In this document: positions 51,399 through 64,000 of the stretch, one piece after another
Layout of the letters: every line of letters begins with the position of its first letter
How positions within the stretch are numbered: position 1 is the first letter of the stretch
Assembly (NCBI GenBank): GCA_905331295.1
Contig: CAJNYD010000056.1
Span: 186,001 to 250,000 of the forward strand
Length of the DNA: 64,000 nucleotides
From: Rotaria socialis
Lineage: Eukaryota
Reading direction: 5' to 3'
Program-made: the position numbers and the translations under genes
The notes under the pieces: model-generated
Told to the model about the DNA's origin: nothing
The model's input: only the letters and a program-made list of their open reading frames with translations
Database searches by the model: none

Positions 51399-53463
51399 AT
51401 TGATGACAATCACACCATGTCATTCTGTTCACATTGAAGATTGCTCAAAAAAGAATTCATCTGCTTTTCTTTTCCTATTCAAAGTGAATATCAGATCTCA
51501 ACTGAGTTTTTTTCTCTTTTTTTGCCCACACCCAAAAAACTTTGAGTAGGTAATAAAAACTTTTTTTTCCTTTACCGGATGGTTTTGAACTTGTAAGGGA
51601 AATTCTTGCACCATTAGTCAACTGTTTATCTGAAGAGTTGTCAGCTCATCAATGCATTTGAACTACTTTCAACGTGCATCTAAGCTAAGATGTGTTTTTT
51701 TTTCAACCTAGCTGATCTCATAACGAACGCTTCAAAAATAGTAATCGGTTCTAGAAAGCTCAAAAAAAAAACGTTAGAAACCATTCATGCTCATTCAAGC
51801 GAGCTCATTGTTGCTATGACTTAGAGAGGTTAGGTATAAACACCAATAGGCAAAATGGCTCTACTAAACAATGAATTTCTTTTTCAATGCTCGATAAAGA
51901 CAATCTATTTTCTTATATTATATTCCGATGAAATAATTCACTACAGCACATACTGACAAAATAATGAAACTTTTGTCTGAAAAACAAAGGATAATAATTT
52001 ATTAGGTTTAATAAACTTTTTTTTCTAATCAAGACGACGTAAAAATTTTTATATCTTTTCTATTAAACGAATTCAATTCTAAAAAGGAATGTAATCTCAA
52101 GAAGAATAAACCTAAATAAGTAGATATGTTCTATTTATATCGTCAAGTCTATTATTGCTGGCATATTGAAGAAAAATTTTCATTTAGATTACTAAACAGT
52201 ATCATATCAATAGTTAATAAATAGACAATTCGATCACAGTTATGATATATACATACATACATACATACATAGTCACTTGACATGTTCGTTTCTTCTTTAG
52301 TCCTTTTCTATTGGTTCTTGTTCAGCTGTCTCTCGTTTGTTTACCATGCGTTCTTCTGTTGTTTTACTGTTAATTCAAGGGCACCTTTTCAAATTTATCT
52401 TCTGATTTAAAACGAAAATAGTCGTGCAATAAAAATTTGTTTTCCATGTGACAATATTGTTTGGTTGTATCGAACAAATTTCGAATTCTTTTTCCTTGCG
52501 ATTTCATTGCAAGAAATATCTCATTGGAGAAATGATGTGAATGACATGGAAAAACACAGACACGCTATGTAAATCAAGGTCATCGTAGAAAAATGAATAG
52601 CGTTCTATTGGTCACGTTTAACTATACATTATAACAATATATAAAGCTAAGATATGAATAAAAGTTCAAAAGCATGTGATAAGAAGAAGTTCTAGGCAAA
52701 AATGCTTGTCAGTTGAACTACATTATCTGACAATAGACTTTCGTGTTTCTAATTTGAGTACATTTCGTGACATAAGGAATTTAAATCCCATGATGAAAAA
52801 TTTTCTTTCATCAAATTAGTTTTGTATTGAGATGAATTGATTTGTTACAAATCTCAATCGAATGAAATCATCTTGATGATTGATCTATAGAAAATATTTT
52901 CTTCTTTTCAAAGAAAACGAACAAGTTTTCGTCACAATCAATATCTCGAAAAACTTTTGTTACGATTTGAGAAATTGCTGAATCCTTGAAGACTTTCTGT
53001 TCAAAGAGTCGTTCACATGACGCACTCTTAGAGTAATTAATACTTGTTTGTTTAAAATTTGACAGTATCTTCACGACAGAATTGGTTCAAACACTTCAAA
53101 ATTATGCTGAATTAGAAATTTTTTCTGTATTACTATTTATGAAATGACATAAAGCAAGAATATATCTATGTTGCACAAAATATTTGTCTTGTTAGTCACA
53201 ACAAGTCCATTCACCATTGATAACTTGGTGAATACTCATATTGTGGTCTCTCTATTGTCACTGATAGTTTTTATCTGCATTCACTTGTTTTCATAACAAA
53301 ATCTGAGATGGTAATTTCTTTTGTTGAAATTAACATTTGTTTTTTGAATGATGAATTTGAACTCGTTTCAAACTGTAACTGCAGTCATCTCATCAAATCT
53401 AACATAATGTTATCGTTTATCTAATTAGATTATCAATCGAACAATGATATCTATGTTAATTTG

Positions 53464-55622
53464 GTTTATACGATTTACTTGACACGGACTTACTTGACGT
53501 TGATTGTTTTTCGATTTTAATTGGTTTTTTAGCAAAAATATTTTATTTTCGTTGCAGATGATTTACTTGACGTTGATTAAATAAAAATGGATTCCAATTA
53601 GTCTATTTTTCTATGAGGATTTACTTTCCGTTGACTACTTAGACTTAAAAAAATGAGCAATTATTACGACACTAAATACATGATAAGCACAAAAAAAAGG
53701 AACACATATTGTTCATCACAGGGCTCCTAGTGGGATGGGATGGGACGAAATTTTCGTCCCGTGGGATAATGCAAATCGTCCCATCCCATCCTATGGGATT
53801 CGCTATATTACGAAAAATCTTACTGAAAATCAAGGTTTCTTTTTTTTTGTAACTGGAAATTCGAAGTTTTCCAGCATTCCGATTTGAATATTGGAATTAG
53901 GGATGCACCAATTCCTAGTACATTGCAAGAAAGATGACATTTTTGCCTGATGTAGAGTGGAGCGGTCCTCTGATTCCATATATCAGCCAAGACCATTTTT
54001 TTGCTCTATGTAAAACGATAGCTGAGATTTATGAAAGATTAAAAAAAGTTTTCGGATTTGACTCAGAATTTGAATTTTCAAGTCGTTTTCGGTCAAATCC
54101 AATTCAGTTTCAGACTTGCAGTTTGCATTACACAAAGTCTAAGAATAGATTTGAAAAGAACGTTCAAAACTGAACAGAAAAAAAATAAGTAAAAAGGCTT
54201 AATCCATAACTCCCAATGCTGAGAACATGTAAACATTGGATAAAAAATTCAAGAAATTGACGGGATTGGATCTTTTCCCTACTTAAAAATGACGTGCCCG
54301 GTAGTGAGAATTATCGATTGAACATCTCTTTCTTCATATTTTTCTGTTCAGTTTTGAACTCTTTTTCAAATCTATTCTTAGAATTTGTGTAATGCAAATT
54401 GAAAGTTTGAAACTAGGCTGGATTTGGCAGAATTTGACGGAAAACGACTTGAAAATTGGAATTGGGAGTCAAATCCAAAAACGCTTTTTCATCTTTAATA
54501 AATTTGGATCATAGCTTTTCATAGATCGAAAAAGATGATCTTGGCTGATATCTGGAACGGAATCAGAGGACGACTGCCTCCTACATTAGGCAAAATTTGT
54601 ATCTATCGTACCATGTACTAGAAATTGGTGCATTCCTGGTTGGAATATCATTATCAATACCTTTTAATTCTGCTTGTGATGTTGTAAACGAAATTTGACT
54701 TTCTCAACTGAATATTCCTGTTTATCCGAAACTAAGGATGATAATGAGGAAGAAATAATTATAGAAGGTGATATTGAACAATTTATAAAACAAAAGATGA
54801 TGATATTTTATTAAAACATTCAAACAAAAAGAACATTTATGTTTATTTCTGTTTTCTATGTTTTATCGTATTTTTTATTCAATTGTTCGAATAGAGCTCG
54901 GAGTTGGGTTAATGACCAGTACAGAAAAAGAATGATAATATTCACACTTTTCATCTATTGTCAAGTGTGACATAAATGAATAATAATTTTTCTTTAAAAA
55001 AATAATCACATTTCCCATGGGATTAGGAACTCATCCCATCCCATTAGGAGCCCTGCTTCATCAGATACTACGACTGACAAATCTACATAACTTGTTGCTG
55101 TTGCACTACATTTTAGTCATATGCAATACTCGGAACCATTTTAATTTTTTTGCGTTTCGCAAAATAACAATAACCTAGGAAGCATGCATGTTTTTTCCAT
55201 GTGTTGATTCGACGAATTTTCCAAACATTTTTTAAACAATACGCAACAGAGTTCATTAACGGTACTTTTATTTACACTTCTTAAAAAGAGTATTATGTTG
55301 ACAACCATTTTAGGTACTAAATCACAGAGCACTGCTAGTTTATAACTGAAAATTCAGTTAATCGCTCGCTTATTGATAAATATTCATTCTGATTAAAAAT
55401 ATTTTTAGAATTTGTTCGTACAGCACATTGACAATGTACCTGCTCATTTCTTTAAGTCTAAGTAGTCAACGGAAAGTAAATCCTCGTAGAAAAATAGACT
55501 AATTGGAATCAATTTTTTTCCCATCAACGTCAAGTAAATCGTCTGCAACGAAAATAAAATATTTCCGCTGAAAAAACCAATTAAAATCGAAAACCAATCA
55601 GCGTCAAGTAAATCGTGCATAC
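53464..55622. mobile_element. Long-TIR (Mutator-like/foldback) non-autonomous element hosting hAT copy 2
   Basis: ~53464-53658 is the reverse complement of ~55441-55622 (~180-190 bp); TSD not clean. Confidence 0.75.
53719..55055. mobile_element. Non-autonomous hAT-like element, copy 2
   Basis: TIRs CAGGGCTCCTA(G/A)TGGGATGGGATG; 8-bp TSD gttcatca/cttcatca. Confidence 0.87.
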
Positions 55623-58600
55623 GATTAATCTCTCTTATCGTATCATCCGCAGAACGCTGCCTTCTATTTTCGTTACAGACTGGATATCCTATCCTACTTA
55701 TTCGATAGATAATTTATTGCATAATGGATTTCTTTGAAATTCTTTTCGCTCGATCATCTTCTTATAGAGATAAAATCAAAACTACTGGAAAGGAGAATAC
55801 AGTTCATTTTCATGCTCATCAATTATTTAAAGGCCTTTTCAAACAAACGAATTCCACAACATAAAAGCTTAAATAACTTTAATTATCCATTACTGTCGAT
55901 ATCAAAAGATTGATTTTTCTTTTGTGATCTTGTTTTTTTATTAAATATCAAAAAGATAAACTTTGGAGGAAATAATTCTTGTTTGTTTTTAACTCAAAAA
56001 TATTTTTATCAAATATTCATTTCATTTTAGGTATGATATCATGATAAGAAAACCTAGATCAAAAATGAAAAGAAAGTAGAAAAGTGAAATAATAATTTCA
56101 ACAATCGATTTATTTTTTTATTGATCTTGTTTATGAGCTGTTTGTTCAAGGACATGAATACAAGCAGATATTACCTTATCTTTTATGTTGATAAACAGAT
56201 GTTAAGATTCGCTTTTTTTTCTTACGTATATATAATCTTTACTATCACTCGACCTAATCATTGTTTTATGTACACAGTACGTTCAAGTGTAAAATAACAA
56301 TGAGAACAATTAATCATGTCTTTTACGAGACTAATAAATAGCACCATTCAATAATCATCTGACATTTAGTAAATTTTTATATTCTTGTCTAATATGGAAA
56401 CCATACGGTCTAATTAGAAAGAATCAAGAAGGAAATATTCGACGATTAACATTCGATTGATGTTCTTTTCTATTGACTAGTTCATATGCATACACGATAT
56501 GAGTTGAAAACCACAAGTATACTCATATAAGAGTAATTTTATTATCTATCAAGTACTGCCTTCTTAAGCTTAGAATGACCATTAACAAATTCTATCGGCT
56601 AGCTACATATATTCTTGTAATCTGTAATTGAATAGCTCATCTCCGTTCGTCATTTATTTTAGATCGTTCTTTCTTTATCTCGCATTTGTGATTTCTACTC
56701 ACTGTCATTTATCTAGTAGAATATGTACTGTTTAACATTACTATTATTCATCGGTACGATTTGCGTCAGTTCAAGTCGATCTGAAATACAGCGCACGATT
56801 GATGATGATGGTGATGAAGATCTTTGTAAGTATAAACCATAAGTAATGAATTTTCAATCGCGAGCTTAAATATGATTGAACATTTTGTCGACTTTCTTTC
56901 ATTTGTCACCCAATCGATAAGCCACTAGGGAGACAATGATTGCAGTTAATCTATCTTATAGAGAATAAATAGCTCTTCAAGGAAAATCTCAGTTATTTTA
57001 CTTTTTAAGGAAATATCTTCACCTTTGATAAGAACCCATAGCGTAATATAAACAGTAGAGCATCACTTAATGAGAAACATGGGGCGCATTCCCTGCTGTT
57101 GTAATTTCTTTTGTCAAGAACAAAATAGAAGACAGTGCTTTTAAAAATATGTACAGTTACTAGAGTCATACGACATGCAATACGTTGTCACCTGCATATT
57201 TGATTTAAAGATGCCGTTGGGTATATTTGAAATGGAAAATATAATAAGGATGACGTATATTGCAAACGAAAACCTGTTGAATATAGCACATCGCTTCTCG
57301 GTAAAACACTCATTAAAAATTTTCACACACTAACGTAGAAACTATCGGTATCAAATTACCTACCGTTATTTATCGCTCATGTTTACATCACCCCGAAAGA
57401 AACAATAATTAGTATGAAATGAAGGGAACTAGTGCGATAATAGTGCGAAGAAAGAAAAGCACAGTTCAACGAAAAGAGAAAATTATAAAATCGTTTTGTT
57501 TTCAGTAATGTTTTTCTCCTAAATGTACATCTATCATCTATTCCGATCTTAATATGTTCGTTCGTTCGTTCGTTTCTTTCATCGAGTCTATATACTGTAT
57601 AGCTACGTATTTGATCTTAGTTTTCACCGTTAATGCAATGGACATATCATCATCTATTTCATTTATTTTTTTGACAACCAACAAGAAAGAGTTAACGATC
57701 GACTCATTGATATTGAATTTGACTTGAACGAATAAGCGAAAAAAAAAATTCTATCATCTTTTCTTTTTGTGTTTTCATTTTCATAACAAAGAAATAATGA
57801 ACTCGGCCTCAAAAGTCACATAGGACAAAAGAATATTGAATGTCTATATTAAAAATGAACCGTCTAAGACGATTTTCTGATCAACCATAAGAACAGTATA
57901 CGATTACACACAGTTGACAATAACGAAGACAGAATGTAGAGAGAGAGCGCATATTATCTTGTTCAACTTTTCGATCAGAATTTGCATTCCCCATTTACCA
58001 ATAGAAACATGCTGCATAAGAATGTATTTATTTCAACATACGGACGTCCTTAAGTGATCTATCAATGTTAATAGAGTATGACACATGACAAATTTGCACG
58101 CTGAGAAAGTTTTTAGAAATAGTTTTCTTTTGAGTCGGAATGTAGTTTGTTACTTGACCCTAAGTTAAATCCGTAGGAATGATTTTAACTTCAATAAATC
58201 TTTATTATTCATATATCACTGTTCGATCATCCAGATGTTCTTGTCCGGAAGTTCAATTTTTAACTTTAGAAAGACGAACATATATATGTAAATAGAAGCA
58301 TACATAGAGCGATCACCACAAAATATGCAAGAGCACCGCCCCGTCAGTCCGATGCTAATTAAGACAAAAAGATAATTATAATATCAAGTTTTGTTTTCTT
58401 CTTCACAGTAATATATTATGCAACAACTTATATCGTAGCTATTTAATCGAATCATGAATGTATAGAAATTAGCATTCACTGAAAATATTTTTGTTGCATA
58501 GTTTTTTTATTTCAACAAATTCTTTCAATAGGAGTCATGATTAAAATATATAAACATGAAGAAGCAGGAACAATTAATTGTTCATGTCCAATAGACTTGC

Positions 58601-58839
58601 CGGCAGGAAGATAAAAGATTAACTCAGTAATACAGCGTTCTTTCTCTAAATAACTACTTTATAAGTAGATTCTATAATCCATGATTGCCTTCAAGGCATC
58701 TTCGAAATAACTTGAGAATAGAATAGAGTTAAAAAATATTGCTTAGTCCTAGTATTATGTCTTAATAGGTAAATGATAGAGAAAATTTCATGTCTACAGA
58801 ATATTCTGTTCAACGTACCGTATTTATCTATTACTATCA

Positions 58840-58841
<2 letters not shown>

Positions 58842-58870
<29 letters not shown>
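58842..58870. repeat. (AG)n microsatellite
   Basis: Perfect AG run. Confidence 0.95.
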
Positions 58871-58873
<3 letters not shown>

Positions 58874-59714
58874 GGATTAGTTATAGAATTCCCTTGACTA
58901 TGAAATAATGCTTTTGTTCACGACAACTGTCAAATAGATAATAATTTGCCATTTCATCGTTAAAGAAATGAACGATTCAATTGAACAGCAATTATATAAT
59001 AATTCACAATTGCTACACGTTGTTGTTGTTAATAAAACAGCAACTGCTTCATTTCTTAACCTATCGATTGATGTTACATCAGATCAGATTTAAAGAAAAA
59101 GAATTCGTCTGGAAAATCCCCCCATGCCAAGTTGATTCCCATCTTAACTTTTTCTAGTGTCGGTGAAGTTCACCAGTTGCTTTTGATTTTTAGAAAAGAG
59201 AATAATCATTACTAGTCAAGCGTCTCTAATATGTGACGACCTTGGTCATTCATGCTTAATATGTTCAAAACTACCACACCCGATCTATATTTTGTTCGAA
59301 CATCATTCGTCTTTCAATTAACCGACAAGCATCCGTACTAGTCGGTCAATTCATCTTTTTTTTCCTATGTACATGATTCTGCTCGGGGCTCCTTTCAATA
59401 GGATCAGTGAACATGGAATAACAACGATAATTAGCAGCAGACGTTCGCTGGAACACGAACGCATTTCTTTTTTTTTCCTTCTTTTTATTATTTGAGAAGC
59501 ATACAAACGTTCAATGTTTTGGAATAATCAAGTAGAACAAGAGAAAGAGAAGAAGAAAAAAATCGAGAAAGAATAAGAGAGAAAGAGCGATCGAAGGAGA
59601 GAGAAAAAAATGTATGTGTGCGTTCAACGAGGAGAACGATTGTCCATTTTACTTGACACCTTGTCCGAAAGACACTCTGAAGAAAAATCATACAAGCAAA
59701 ATCGATCAAATGCT

Positions 59715-62631
59715 ATGCTGTTATTATATATATTTATTAATTTAGCTGGATCACTGGTGGCATTCGATATAACCATTGAAAATTACACAGTACCAGTTAG
59801 TGGAAAATGTATCTTGACTTGTTATATAGCTGAAGTTCGTTCATTTAAAGTAAGTCAATCATATCTTGTTTTCCTTCTCGTATTGTTGTTGTTGTTTATG
59901 TCTATGGAATATGATCTGTTGGTTCAACAGATCTTTAGTTACATCGGATATATACGTTGAACTAATTAGATTGATATCACTCCCACCCATTTTCTTCTAC
60001 TGATAACAATCTAATACTATGTCTGGTTTTGATGTGGTAATCGAAAGATAAATAAAATACGATATATATATATATAGTTTTTTCTTTCTTGACTAAGAAA
60101 AAATATCATATTCTTGAGTTTTAACTTTTATTTGATTAAAATTTTCTTCGTCGTCTTCATGTCGCTTTGATTTCAAGTGGTCAAACGAAGAAAATCATGT
60201 TTCGAAAACAAACACGACCTGTGAATACATAAATATATATATATATATATATGTATGTATGTGAGATCTGATCGAGCGGCAGAAGAAAATTAAAAAAAAA
60301 GGCAATTATTTACATATGAGCACAGAGTGAATGTTTTAGTCGATATGGATAATTTGAGATTTGTAATGATTATTTACATTGGTGCACATATTATAGATGC
60401 AACATATTGTATTGAGAAGAGACACAATCAAATTCAAAATTTCCATAGGCGGACGGTGACGAACCGGAAGATGATGATTGTGTGTCTGTCTCTCATGTGA
60501 ATAGAATGGATGAATGTGTGTGAAAAAGACATTAGAGTTCGATTACAAGGGTAGATACACACACACACACATGTTTATATGAAATCGAGATATACACCAA
60601 TTCTATTCCAACTTTCGACTAGTTCGATAATTACTTGTCAATTGTCTTTGAACTCTATACTGTATACTTAAGTTAATAGGGTGGACTCTATCGTATAGTC
60701 AATCAATAAATGTATATTCATAGAATTTTTTGACAATTGCATGACAATAATTGAATTGTACGGTGTATTGTATAGGTTCTATGGCAAAAAATCGATCGAG
60801 TAAATCAAGGTGGGAATCAAACATTGGATGAACAGCAAGGACAACCAACATTAATTGCATTTGATGGTACTGTCTATTCGAATAAAGATCATTATCGTCT
60901 TGAATCTGATTATGTTGGTTCATATAATTTAATCATTGATCGTGTTAATGAAGATGACCAAGGAGAATATCAATGCCAAATAAATACAGAACCAAGAAAA
61001 ACGAAACGAATTTTTCTGACTGTCCAAGGTAAGTTTTTCTTGTTTAAACACGAAGTCACTCTTCAGACTTTTATGAATAAATGGAACGATACTTTTCATT
61101 TTTAGTACCACCACGTATTGTTGACTTTCGTCCAAACCCTCCATTAATATCCATACGCAGTGGCATATCATTAACATTGTTATGTCGTGCTGAAGGAACA
61201 CCATTACCTCACATACGTTGGCGCATTCGTGATATTGATATGAATCGAATTGATTCATGTAAGTAGACGTATTAATGAGTGTATGTACTCAATCATCTTT
61301 TTTTTACACAAATTCGCACGCACTTTCTAAGCTGCTTAGAGTAAAACATAAATATATCGTGATTGTATTGCGCAAAAGAACAATAGACTTATATTGACAT
61401 TTGCTTTGTTTTTTTTCTCCTCGTCTCTCACGGACTGGTCCTTGATTGATTTGTCTCAACTTAATCATTGCTGGTGCCGGATAGCATTGAAAAACAAAAT
61501 CAATTCCGTTAACAATTCAAGTAATAGATAGTTTAAAAGTGTTCGAATATCTATTGTTGATTCACATCATACTTCAGTTTTGACTATGCCAATGCGACAA
61601 AAACTTTGTTTACACACTTGACAGTACATTGAGAGTTCAATATCTTCTTGTTGTACTCAATGGCCGTAGAAGAAAGCATAACGATTCGAGTGATATTTGC
61701 CTTGATGATTATTCTCGTTGAACAACGCTTAATCAAAGTGGAATTATGAATCTATCGATCTATACTATTCTTTTTAGTGCCACCTGAAAATAGCAATATA
61801 TGGTTTATACCAGCAGTGACGACTAATTTTCCGCATACAGTTGAATGTATTGCTGATAATGGTGTTTTACCAGCATCAAATCGTATATTTACAATAAATG
61901 TTGAAAGTAAGTTTCTTTTTTTTTATTATTATCAAAAGAAAAGAGACAAACAAAAATATGCAAAAATTTAGTTCCACCTATTGTTATGATAAATAATGAT
62001 TTAATTCAAAGTCAACTGTATCAAAATGTCACACTTGACTGTTCAATATTAAGTCGTCCATTGGCTCGTATTTATTGGGAAAAAAATGGGCAAATCGTTG
62101 ACGATAGCAAAATGATTAATACCCAAATAAATCAAACACTATCAATAAATCAATTAAAACTCCAAGTTGATAAAATTCTTATTCATCATTCTATTTATAT
62201 ATGTATAATTTTTTGTTTTTGAATAGATCAATGATGATGACGATTTCGGAAAATATAATTGCATTGCTGAAAATATTCATGGAAGAAAAGAAGCTTTTGT
62301 ATATGTACTAAGTAAGTGCCGTATATTTATTACTAATTAGAGACTGTTTCTTTTTTCTATCTAATTTTTTTTTATAGAAGAATCAGTTGTTGTTACGACA
62401 TTAACAACGAAAAAATATCAGCGCCATTCGAAAAATTCTTCATTACGATTAAGTTCTAGTCGAAAAATATTTCGATCAACAACATTACCAACAAAAGATA
62501 TTTATATTGAACGAGAGATTCATATTACTTCATCTTCACATCGACCTTCGACACATCATCGACTAAAAAATCGTCTATTTATTTCATTATTACTATTGTT
62601 ACTATGTCGATTGAGACGGACCGACAGATAA
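59715..62631 (+). CDS. Three-Ig cell-adhesion protein (IgLON/Lachesin/DIP-like), probably GPI-anchored, 7 exons
   Basis: Signal MLLLYIFINLAGSLVA; Ig1 LTCYI...VLWQK...DQGEYQCQINTEP; Ig2 LLCRAEGTPLPHIRW...VECIADNGVLP; Ig3 LDCSILSRP...IYWEK...DFGKYNCIAENIHG; hydrophobic C-terminus LFISLLLLLLC. Confidence 0.88.
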
Positions 62632-62743
62632 AAATATGCTATATGCATGCGCTTGTTTGTGTGTGTGTTTATGTTTTACAGTGATAAATATATTTATTGA
62701 AAGAAATAAAAAATAAAAACGAAACAACAAAAGATATAATTCG

Positions 62744-63023
62744 TCATGTGCATCCAGCCTCTTTAGCTTCTTGGATGGCACGGCGACGATTTTGAAGGTG
62801 TACAGTTAAGACGACAATAAAAACAACTAAAATCATGATTGTAACAGATGCATATGTATAAGCGACACTGATTATTGTTAGAAAATAAACATTTTTCGAA
62901 CACCAATTCTCAGGATCTTCTGTTGTTTGTTCAAAACGTGGCAAACGATAGTGCAATATTAAATAATTACCATAGATAAACCAAATAATTAGAAATATTG
63001 TTGTAAGACCTTCCATAAATGTC
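62744..63023 (-). CDS. Last exon of a TMEM272-like multi-pass membrane protein
   Basis: IFLIIWFIYGNYLI...PENWCSKNVYFLT followed by a TM segment; acceptor ctag at ~63024; upstream exons not identified in the window. Confidence 0.65.
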
Positions 63024-64000
63024 TAGAATTTCAATGAGTAAAACATTTTTTTTAATCATTTTGAAGTTGCAGAACAATTTTGAAAATTATTTCCTCGTTT
63101 TCATATAACAAAAATCTATTTAGTATTGCACAGCACTAATATATTATTATCAATATAGATCTCTGTCAATATTTTTAGGGTTCTTATATTTATTAGTAAG
63201 CCTATGACAGTTAGCAGTGGAGATCACATATATTTTTGAAGAAAATAATGATTGGAAGTTTTAAGCCGAAATATTTTTGCGACTTCTCATCCACCCCATT
63301 ACAGACATCAGTAATTAAAATCTGTCTTTGTTAATCAAGGAGCCCTGTAATCACGGTTCTAAGTCTCTCATCATCATTACGGACCTTAGTAAAAAAATAA
63401 AGACAAGGCCAGCATTGCAGGCGTAAGTAAAGAAACAACGGTCTAACTACAAATTTTTATAAAAGGGACGAACTTTTAAAAGATTTCCCTGTAATTTGTT
63501 TTCGGATCAGCTTAGTGAATATAAAGCACATGTGCTATTTTTATATATTAACCTCAGGGGGGCTGTGTTAATAAGCTTTCTTTCTCTGGCTCAAAGACAC
63601 ATTTTATATCTATTTTTAATTGTTCACATAATTAAGTGTTGATCAACGTCATATACTTCAATGCATAAATTTTTATCAAAACAGTATCAATCGTATTAAA
63701 TTTTCATAAGAATTATATTTCAATTCCACAGAGATACGCGGATATGATGTTAGTCAAATTTTTACAGCCCAAAAACAAATATTATTAATAAATATTTATC
63801 ATTTTTGTTCTACAGAATATCTGTTCACATTCAATTCTCAACAGAATTCATTTGTTACTACGAACATGTTTGGTCAAGAAAGCTGAGATCAACGTGCTAC
63901 TATTTTTTATATGTTTTATAGAAAGACTAAACCAATGACAACATCTCATTGCAAGAATTTGATCGAGTAAAATGTTATTGCTATTGCACGAACTAATTAT

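Noticed and set aside
53934..54173. 79-aa ORF inside the hAT-like element
   Set aside because: No transposase motifs, and the frame is not evidently preserved in the other copy.
1..64000. Horizontally acquired bacterial or fungal genes, tRNA or rRNA genes
   Set aside because: Every recognisable gene belongs to a eukaryotic, mostly metazoan-type, family and no RNA-gene signature was seen; the orphan genes cannot be judged without a search.

Overview
AT-rich eukaryotic genomic DNA with many ~50-65 bp GT-AG introns. The gene families present (expanded rhodopsin-type GPCRs, B-box/coiled-coil/propeller proteins, NR1I/J-like nuclear receptors) suggest a bdelloid rotifer; this is an inference. In order, the window holds: two decayed GPCR genes, a Tau/MAP2-repeat gene, a small secreted EMI-like Cys-rich protein, an M14 carboxypeptidase, an unknown gene head-to-head with a 19-exon gene, two tandem intronless TRIM-like paralogs, two unknown genes, RPL30 head-to-head with an SR-type RRM gene, a transposon-rich block (HINE/Helentron-like, hAT, CCC-ended and Mutator-like elements, some nested), three nuclear receptor loci in different states of decay, a 3-Ig IgLON/Lachesin-like gene and the last exon of a TMEM272-like gene. 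The best candidate for something new is the 19-exon gene at 12579-17243. By manual splicing it encodes one ~1000-aa protein joining a filamin actin-binding head (CH1-CH2 plus one Ig repeat) to the RBD-C2-PH tail of anillin. All gene models were spliced by eye and no database searches were run.
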